64,000 bases of DNA from Nitrospirota bacterium. GTDB lineage: Bacteria; Nitrospirota; Nitrospiria; Nitrospirales; Nitrospiraceae. The notes under the pieces are model-generated. The model had not been told where the DNA came from. It worked only from the letters and a program-made list of their open reading frames with translations, and did no database searches. This document shows, piece by piece, positions 58,100 through 64,000 of the stretch. The stretch lies in the NCBI GenBank assembly GCA_963701855.1, contig CAVPBK010000003.1:164045-228044 (forward strand), written 5' to 3'. A program made the position numbers and the translations under genes. How positions within the stretch are numbered: position 1 is the first letter of the stretch; each line of letters opens with the position of its first letter.

Positions 58100-58597
58100 T
58101 CAAGTCGTATGCTGACATTCGCGAGGTCCTGATGTGGGAAGCCGATCGTTCTTCTTGATGCCTCTGGCCCGCAATTCACTCATGAGAAGATACCCAACGA
58201 TCACGACATTGATACCCAGCGTCAGAAGCTTCAGAGGTGTCACCTCGTCTAGCAGGCTATACAGCTCCCACGGGATAAATGAGCCGACCACGAGCACCGT
58301 GAGATAGGAGGCCCAGGGCTTAGAGAAGAAGAGACCTCCCCCTTGTACAAACGCGAGTCCGCCGTACACAAAGGAGCCAATACTGAATGTTTCCAGCATG
58401 TGATCCGTCACCGGCAGAACCTTGGTCAGGAGCCAATGAATAATGCGATTCTCAGGGTCCAAGTGGATCACACGGAGCCACTGCTTGATAACAAGCAGAT
58501 GATTCTGATCCACGAGGATCAACCCGCCAACTCCCACCGCAATCAGCAGCAATCCTTGAGCCAAGTAATAGACAGCGAGCAGCTTTCTCATACTCAT
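58100..58597 (-). CDS. DUF2127 membrane protein
   Basis: LHLDP-like IHLDPEN, WASYLTV..GSFIPWELY, INVVIVGYL. Confidence 0.8.
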   Translation of the reverse strand: MSMRKLLAVYYLAQGLLLIAVGVGGLILVDQNHLLVIKQWLRVIHLDPENRIIHWLLTKVLPVTDHMLETFSIGSFVYGGLAFVQGGGLFFSKPWASYLTVLVVGSFIPWELYSLLDEVTPLKLLTLGINVVIVGYLLMSELRARGIKKNDRLPTSGPRECQHTT

Positions 58598-58622
58598 ATA
58601 GAACTGCGTAAAAACAATTCAA

Positions 58623-59342
58623 TTACCGCCGCTCAACCGCTTGGCCTGATTCGAGAGTATGGTCATTCCTCCGATCAGGCGAGGGAATCGACAGGACGTG
58701 ATTCTGCTCGTTCACTGTCGCCTCAATAAGCTCCCCTTGGTCAAGTTTTTTATCGCTCATCGTGGTCGTTTGGTCGATATGCACACGTACTTCCTTTCCG
58801 TCCTGGCCTTTGACGAAATAGTTATCGCCTTCAATGCGCAATATTTCGCCCTTGATCACTTTCGCGCTTTGTGACTGGCCCTCCTTCATGTCCTTGTGAA
58901 CTTGTTTGTCATCGACTTGCTCGTCTTGCCTCTGACCTACTTGGTCCGCTTTCATGTCATCTGATGCATTGCCAGAGCCACTTCTGTTACTGCTACTCTC
59001 GGAGGACCCCTCACCGCTTGAAGAGTTCGAAGAGCTAGCGTTTCCCGAGGGTTTCACTGCGCTAGATCCAGATGGTTCACCGCCTCCCTTGTCCGGCTCG
59101 CCACCCTGCCGAACCTTCCCCATCTCCATATTTCCTTCGTTGCCCTTTCCAACATCCTTCGTTCCGCCTGGTGAGTTAGGGTCCGGCACCCCGCTGAAGA
59201 CTCCACTATTTGCGCTTCCGCTGTGTATGTCTCCGCTAGGCGCCATTCCTTTCGCCGAATCGGAGGCCATGGCAGGTCCCCCGCTCCAGGTAAGCCCGAT
59301 GGCGACTATACTCATTGCGAATAAATGCTTCGAGTTCATCAT
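58623..59342 (-). CDS. Secreted low-complexity protein with C-terminal OB-like domain
   Basis: Signal peptide, Ser/Gly-rich middle, IKGEILRIEGDNYFVKGQDGKEVRVHID. Confidence 0.75.
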   Translation of the reverse strand: MMNSKHLFAMSIVAIGLTWSGGPAMASDSAKGMAPSGDIHSGSANSGVFSGVPDPNSPGGTKDVGKGNEGNMEMGKVRQGGEPDKGGGEPSGSSAVKPSGNASSSNSSSGEGSSESSSNRSGSGNASDDMKADQVGQRQDEQVDDKQVHKDMKEGQSQSAKVIKGEILRIEGDNYFVKGQDGKEVRVHIDQTTTMSDKKLDQGELIEATVNEQNHVLSIPSPDRRNDHTLESGQAVERR

Positions 59343-59383
59343 GTTCTCCTCCTAGTTAATGGTTCATGCCTTCGATAGCTGTT

Positions 59384-59842
59384 CTAGGAACGCGCGGCCA
59401 GTTTGGCTGTCAATTGTTCTTTCCGCTCGTGTACCTCCGCACTGAGGGCTTCCCAATCAAGATCCGCCTTCTGCGCCTTCGGAAACATTTCGCCCTCTTC
59501 TTCCTTCACGTGATGCTTGACCAGCTCGCCCAACACGGTGAATTTGGCCGTGAAGATTTCGTCGTTCGCGTCGAGTGTTTTCAATTCGCCAATGAGCACA
59601 TGCACGAGATGGTGCTCTTCCGTCGATTCGTTCATGAGTTCATCCTCATCGATCTGCCCCCGAATCTCCGGATAGATCAGGTCCTCTTCCAACGCCGCGT
59701 GCACCTCGAGCTCATGAACGACGGTGTCGGCGATTTCTTGTTGCTTTCGCGAGTTCGCGCCTTTGAATTCCTCGATCAGCCCCTTCACTTTTTTATGGTC
59801 ATCCTTCAACATCGCCAGGACAGGGTTGGTTTTGGTCGGCAT
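59384..59842 (-). CDS. Hemerythrin-like (HHE cation-binding) protein
   Basis: DHKKV, HAALEEDLIYP, EEH, HHVKEEEGEMFP. Confidence 0.9.
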   Translation of the reverse strand: MPTKTNPVLAMLKDDHKKVKGLIEEFKGANSRKQQEIADTVVHELEVHAALEEDLIYPEIRGQIDEDELMNESTEEHHLVHVLIGELKTLDANDEIFTAKFTVLGELVKHHVKEEEGEMFPKAQKADLDWEALSAEVHERKEQLTAKLAARS

Positions 59843-59864
59843 GGATCCTCTTCAATGAATCGGG

Positions 59865-60059
59865 TTATAGGTTGGGAAGCAGGAGTACGGAGTATGCCGC
59901 CAATTCGAGACGCAGGGTATCGACAAGCTGCCGCAAGAATAGCGGGACGCCGTGATCTACAGGTGCAGGAGTCAAGGATGGCGCGAATCGTATTGCCGCC
60001 TTGTCCTTGCAACGCGCGATCAACTTTGTACGATTCGAAGTCAAAAACTTGTGGAACAT
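59865..60059 (-). pseudogene. N-terminal fragment of a sensor histidine kinase
   Basis: MFHKFLTSNRTKLIARCKDK...DHGVPLFLRQLVDTLRLE resembles RsbRD_N-type kinase N-termini; no kinase core follows. Confidence 0.55.
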
Positions 60060-60343
60060 TTCAGGATGATACTCGATCCCTTGTTGGGTGTCTGATCAAT
60101 ATGGCTCACACTTCATAACTGAACGCACCGGTCATTAACCAGGACCAGACCGTGCGTGAGGGTGTTCTGTTCGTGAGTGTGTTGCGAACGCCGGAATGCC
60201 TATGTCTTCAAGAACGGCAGGGGGAGCGGCGTTTGCCCTCTCCTAGTATAAGGGGATCAAACGCAGGGAGGAGCCAGCCATGGGAAATGGAAAGCGTAGC
60301 AGGGTAGGGGACGGCGGGGATGACGAAGGGTGTCCCTGCTACA

Positions 60344-60520
60344 CTACGGGGGTATTCTTGTGCGCCTCTTCTTCCAATCAGGAAAGTCTACGCGTAGCGC
60401 GTCCATCTTAGCGGCGATGATGGGTTCCTCAAATTCAGTCAACGATTTTCCAGCGCGAAAGAGTTTGAGCAGGGATTTCGTTGCGGTTCGGAACTCCTCG
60501 ACCGTTTGTGAGGGGGACAT
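60344..60520 (-). CDS. Small hypothetical protein (58 aa)
   Basis: Manual translation MSPSQTVEEFRTATKSLLKLFRAGKSLTEFEEPIIAAKMDALRVDFPDWKKRRTRIPP*; GAGG RBS. Confidence 0.5.
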   Translation of the reverse strand: MSPSQTVEEFRTATKSLLKLFRAGKSLTEFEEPIIAAKMDALRVDFPDWKKRRTRIPP

Positions 60521-60879
60521 ACTACCTCTATGCTGAACGCACTACCCTACAGGGAGTTGCGCGATGAATCTGGGCTGATCGATCAGTCGTCGTTTCTGGT
60601 TTTGGCGGGAAGCCATTCGGCACATTTGGGACCTCACTTTAGTAATATTCGTTGGTCCCACTGCTTCGCTTTAATTCTCTTCCCGAAGAGGACGAAACCG
60701 CATGCGTTAGCTGAGTAAATAGGGCTTCAACAACCTTGCACTCATTTTTTCATTGTTCAATCACCAGTAAACCCGCGGTAAGGTGTATGAGAAGACATCA
60801 CAGCCATTTCTGGCAGAAGTGGCCCCAGTTGTTTGGACAGCATGTTCCATTTCTTAAGTGGCGCCTCGCGGTGATCTGA

Positions 60880-61710
60880 CTATGCGGCCGTGAGCCGTGT
60901 CGTCAGGTTGTCGCAGTACACCTGTTCGGGCGTCTTGCCGTCAAGCGCTCGGTGCGGCCTCGTCTGGTTGTAGAATGTCAGGTACCGCCCCACACCCTGA
61001 TGGGCGGCGCTGATGCTGTCATAGGCCCGCAAATATACCTCCTCGTACTTCACGCTCCGCCACAGCCGTTCGACGAACACGTTGTCTCGCCAGCAGCCGG
61101 TGCCGTCCATGCTGATCTGGATGCCATGGTCTTTCAGCAACCCCGTGAACTCCTGGCTCGTGAACTGGCAGCCTTGGTCCGTGTTGAAAATGCCCGGAGC
61201 ACCATAGTTGGCCAGCGCCTCTTGGACAGCCTCGAGGCAGAAGTCGGTCGTCAGCGTGTTCGACAGCCGCCACGCCAACACCCGGCGACTCGCCCAATCC
61301 ATTACTGCGAAGAGATACACAAAGCCACGCGCCATCGGAAGGTACGTGATATCCGCCGCCCAAACATGGTTGGGGCGAGTGATCGCCAGATGGCGGAGCA
61401 GATACGGATACACCCGATGCGCCGGATGTCGCTGGCTGGTAGGAGGTTTTCGGTACAGCGCGTCGATGCCCATGCGGGCCATCATGGTGCGTACTCGCTT
61501 ACGCCCAATCCTGTGGCCTTCTCGCCTGAGCAGATCGCGCAGCATCCGGGCACCGGCAAACGGATGGTCCAGATGGAGTGCGTCGATCCGGCGCATCAGT
61601 GCCAGATCCGCAGCCGACACCGGCGTCGGCTGGTAGTACGTGGTCGACCGCGAGAGCGCCAGGAGCTGGCATTGCCGAACGACTGACAGAGCGTGGGTTC
61701 GGTTGATCAT
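60880..61710 (-). CDS. IS3 transposase OrfB (DDE/rve)
   Basis: WAADITY, FNTDQG, DNVFVERLWRSVKYE. Confidence 0.93.
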   Translation of the reverse strand: MINRTHALSVVRQCQLLALSRSTTYYQPTPVSAADLALMRRIDALHLDHPFAGARMLRDLLRREGHRIGRKRVRTMMARMGIDALYRKPPTSQRHPAHRVYPYLLRHLAITRPNHVWAADITYLPMARGFVYLFAVMDWASRRVLAWRLSNTLTTDFCLEAVQEALANYGAPGIFNTDQGCQFTSQEFTGLLKDHGIQISMDGTGCWRDNVFVERLWRSVKYEEVYLRAYDSISAAHQGVGRYLTFYNQTRPHRALDGKTPEQVYCDNLTTRLTAA

Positions 61711-62006
61711 CGCTTTGCGCTCAGCAATCCCGCCTTGGTGAGCGCCCCTTCTAAAAAATCATTCTCCAATGCCAGCTGCCCAATCTTGGCATGGAGGATC
61801 TTGAGATCCGGCGCGTCCGGCTTGTGAGCCGTGCCGCCAAATACGTCGGCGACCCGCTCCAGCAAATGCCGCTTCCATTCTGTGATCTGGGTGGGATGCA
61901 CGCCAAATTGTTCCGCTAACTCCGCCAGCGTCTTGTCGCCCTTGCATGCCGCCAAGGCCACCTGGGCCTTGAAGGCCGCCCCGTGATTGCGTCTCGTTCT
62001 CTTCAT
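61707..62006 (-). CDS. IS3 transposase OrfA (HTH)
   Basis: FKAQVALAA, LAELAEQFGVHPTQITEWK, LHAKIGQL. Confidence 0.92.
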   Translation of the reverse strand: MKRTRRNHGAAFKAQVALAACKGDKTLAELAEQFGVHPTQITEWKRHLLERVADVFGGTAHKPDAPDLKILHAKIGQLALENDFLEGALTKAGLLSAKR

Positions 62007-62430
62007 CGCCTCGCTCCTTGGTTCGCCCCTTGGGGCTTCGGTGAAGCAAGGCTACCACTTACCACACTGTCCGAATTTCCGGGACCCCCTCTGGCATCTA
62101 GAGTTCCCTTAGTGGACTGTGGCACTATGGTTGTGACAGCATAGGAACATAAATATCGTGATCGGACACGCTCTTCCGCTGGTAAATCGAAGGACAATGC
62201 TCTGATATTGCTCCTTAGCCTCGGCATGCTAGTTCTCGTATAAAGCAACCCGGCGGACTGCAGCGGGCTTTGCTCCGAGCCGTGATTTCATCGGAAACAG
62301 CTACTGCGGCCCACAATCCTCTCATCCAGCGTGATCGTTCTCGCTCGACCTCCTCAACTGTATTGCAGTGTTCCCCGTGACAGCCATCTTCCCAGATCAT
62401 CACTTTGAAATCTATTGGAGGGAGAGAAAG

Positions 62431-62889
62431 ATGATTATTTCGCAGCAGGGCCAAACCGCCGCTAGGCCACTCACATTCATTGATCGTTTTGATCGTGTGG
62501 CGAAGCAGACTGAATACCTCACGGGCCAGCCCTTGGCGTTTGCCGCCGCCGCTTGCTTCGTCGCAATCTGGGCGATGACCGGCCCGTTCCTCCACTTCGG
62601 TGATAGTTGGCAGTTTACCCTTATCTCCGTGACCTCCATTGTGACCTTTCTGATGGTGTTCTTGATTCAGAATACCCAAAATCGCACTCGTGCCGCGCTT
62701 CAACTGAAACTCGATGAGCTAATCCGCTCCACGAGCGGCGCTCACAATGTCATGTTGACACTGGAAGATCTGTCGCTGGGAGAGATCGAGACGTTCCGCA
62801 CCCACTATGAAAAACTGGCCACAACGGCTCGGGAAAAACTCAGAGGGGGTTACGCGGATACCGGCACTCCTGAGATCATCATCAGATAG
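62431..62889 (+). CDS. Low-affinity iron permease family protein
   Basis: GPFLHFGDSWQ, TFLMVFLIQNTQNR, LQLKLDELIR. Confidence 0.88.
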   Translation: MIISQQGQTAARPLTFIDRFDRVAKQTEYLTGQPLAFAAAACFVAIWAMTGPFLHFGDSWQFTLISVTSIVTFLMVFLIQNTQNRTRAALQLKLDELIRSTSGAHNVMLTLEDLSLGEIETFRTHYEKLATTAREKLRGGYADTGTPEIIIR

Positions 62890-62948
62890 CTCAATCGAAG
62901 GAGTCACGGCGACCCGTTTCAGGCGGTTGATTCCTTCGAAAGTATGTT

Positions 62949-63501
62949 GGGTTCTGCCCCGATTTTATGGACACCTAGTTAAGGCGTATCCTGGGCCAGG
63001 AGGGGTGTCATGGAGATCGGCGGAGATTTTCAGCGGAGTACAAGCGTGAAGCCGTGGCGATGCTCGACGCACCCGGCGTTAGCGTTAGTCAGATTGCGGC
63101 GGAACTCGGGATTGGGGCGACCGTGCTCGGGCGCTGGCGGCGCGAGGTGCTCCAGGAGTCGGCGCAGGCGTTTCGGGGGAATGGTCGCCCGCGGGATGAG
63201 AACCTGGCCCTGCTGCGGCGAGAGTTAGCTCGTGTGAGGAAGGAGCGGGATTGTTTGCGAGAAGCGGCCGCGTGCTTCGCGAGAGTATCGCGATGCAGTA
63301 TCGGATGATCCAACGATGCCGCACCGTGTTTCCCATCCGCATGATGTGCCGGTGTGTGCGGGTCTCGCCGAGTGGCTATTGAGCGGATATCTTGGACTAT
63401 ATCGAGCGCTGTCACAATCTCCGACAGCGGCGGAGACTGGAGAGGCAGCAGCAAGCGGCGCGACTCTTAACTCAACCGTCCGTGATATCGGGGTAGAACC
63501 C
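62949..63501 (+). mobile_element. Internally deleted IS3-family element
   Basis: TIRs GGGTTCTGCCCCGATTTTATGGAC / GTCCGTGATATCGGGGTAGAACCC; frameshifted orfA; orfB N-terminus (VSPSGY) joined to its C-terminus (DYIERCHN) near 63380. Confidence 0.85.
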
Positions 63502-63886
63502 CTTCCGCTTGAAACTGGGTAGCCTTGTCTTTACCGGAGTCGCGGAATCCGCCTAATTCTTCAGCAAATTGCTCGATAACCTCCAAGGCGCACGATGGGT
63601 ACCCTTTCATAAAGTAGCCTTCAATTCCAACCGTCTCTTCAGCATCGCGTGTCTTAACCTTCAGTTCAGATAGACCAAGAAGGCGCTTCAATTTAAATTC
63701 TGTATCAATAACAATGTCTGTTTCAGATCCCCAACGATCGGATGGGTTTGGATAATACGTATATGTCTTGTTAAATTACATTTTTGGACAGTCATCTCAG
63801 AGGCGGGCGCGTGAGCGATCCTTCATGGAAACACGAATGCGTTGCTCTGTGAGAGATTTACCGTGGCGAATTGAAAAAGGTTGCAT
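63502..63886 (-). pseudogene. Low-GC gene with two stops, cut by the IS; possibly AbiJ-N-terminal-like
   Basis: MQPFSIRHGK...RARL*...*FNKTYTYYPNPSDRW...LKRLLG..., in frame with ORF 63467-63691; family call is weak. Confidence 0.5.
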
Positions 63887-64000
63887 GTGATCATCTTGGA
63901 TGGATCAACCAAGTCTCCCAAACTGTTCCAAAGGCGTGGAAGTTTAGCATAGGGTATTTAATAGAATAGATGTTCAACCTATAGAGGGACCGAAAGAGGG

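Larger units (their letters stand above)
60815..62092 (-). mobile_element. IS3-family insertion sequence (1278 bp)
   Basis: 26-bp imperfect TIRs (18/26 identical) AGAAGTGGCCCC..GGACAG / CTGTCC..GGGACCCCCTCT; GGC duplication at 60812-60814 and 62093-62095. Confidence 0.92.

Overview
Bacterial chromosomal window, probably from a Nitrospira-like genome (inferred from gene content and repeat families, not from a database search). A core block (about 5-53.5 kb) lies between two decayed accessory regions. The left one follows an intact tRNA-Arg(TCT). The right one starts at a 3'-half copy of tRNA-Phe (att site, 53580-53629) and runs off the window. The core block carries: a 1-Cys peroxiredoxin; a czcCBA-czcD metal-efflux cluster preceded by a His-rich ORF ending in RAPP (candidate ribosome-stalling metal sensor); a frameshifted B12-binding radical SAM gene; tandem FGE-sulfatase-fold genes; a PEP mutase-nucleotidyltransferase fusion upstream of a carbamoyltransferase/SxtJ/SxtK-like trio; acs; a pseudo-caspase/TPR gene and an LPP20-LpoB-COG3014-LPP20 lipoprotein operon with a degenerate VapBC-like pair; a glycosyl-glycerate compatible-solute operon; a ThDP decarboxylase; and two RNA methyltransferases. 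Mobile DNA includes one full IS5, one full IS3, one internally deleted IS3, several MITE-like and palindromic repeat families, and many pseudogene fragments (four of them thermonuclease pieces). No CRISPR array, rRNA, integrase or reverse transcriptase was seen. All protein family calls are from motif recognition by eye.
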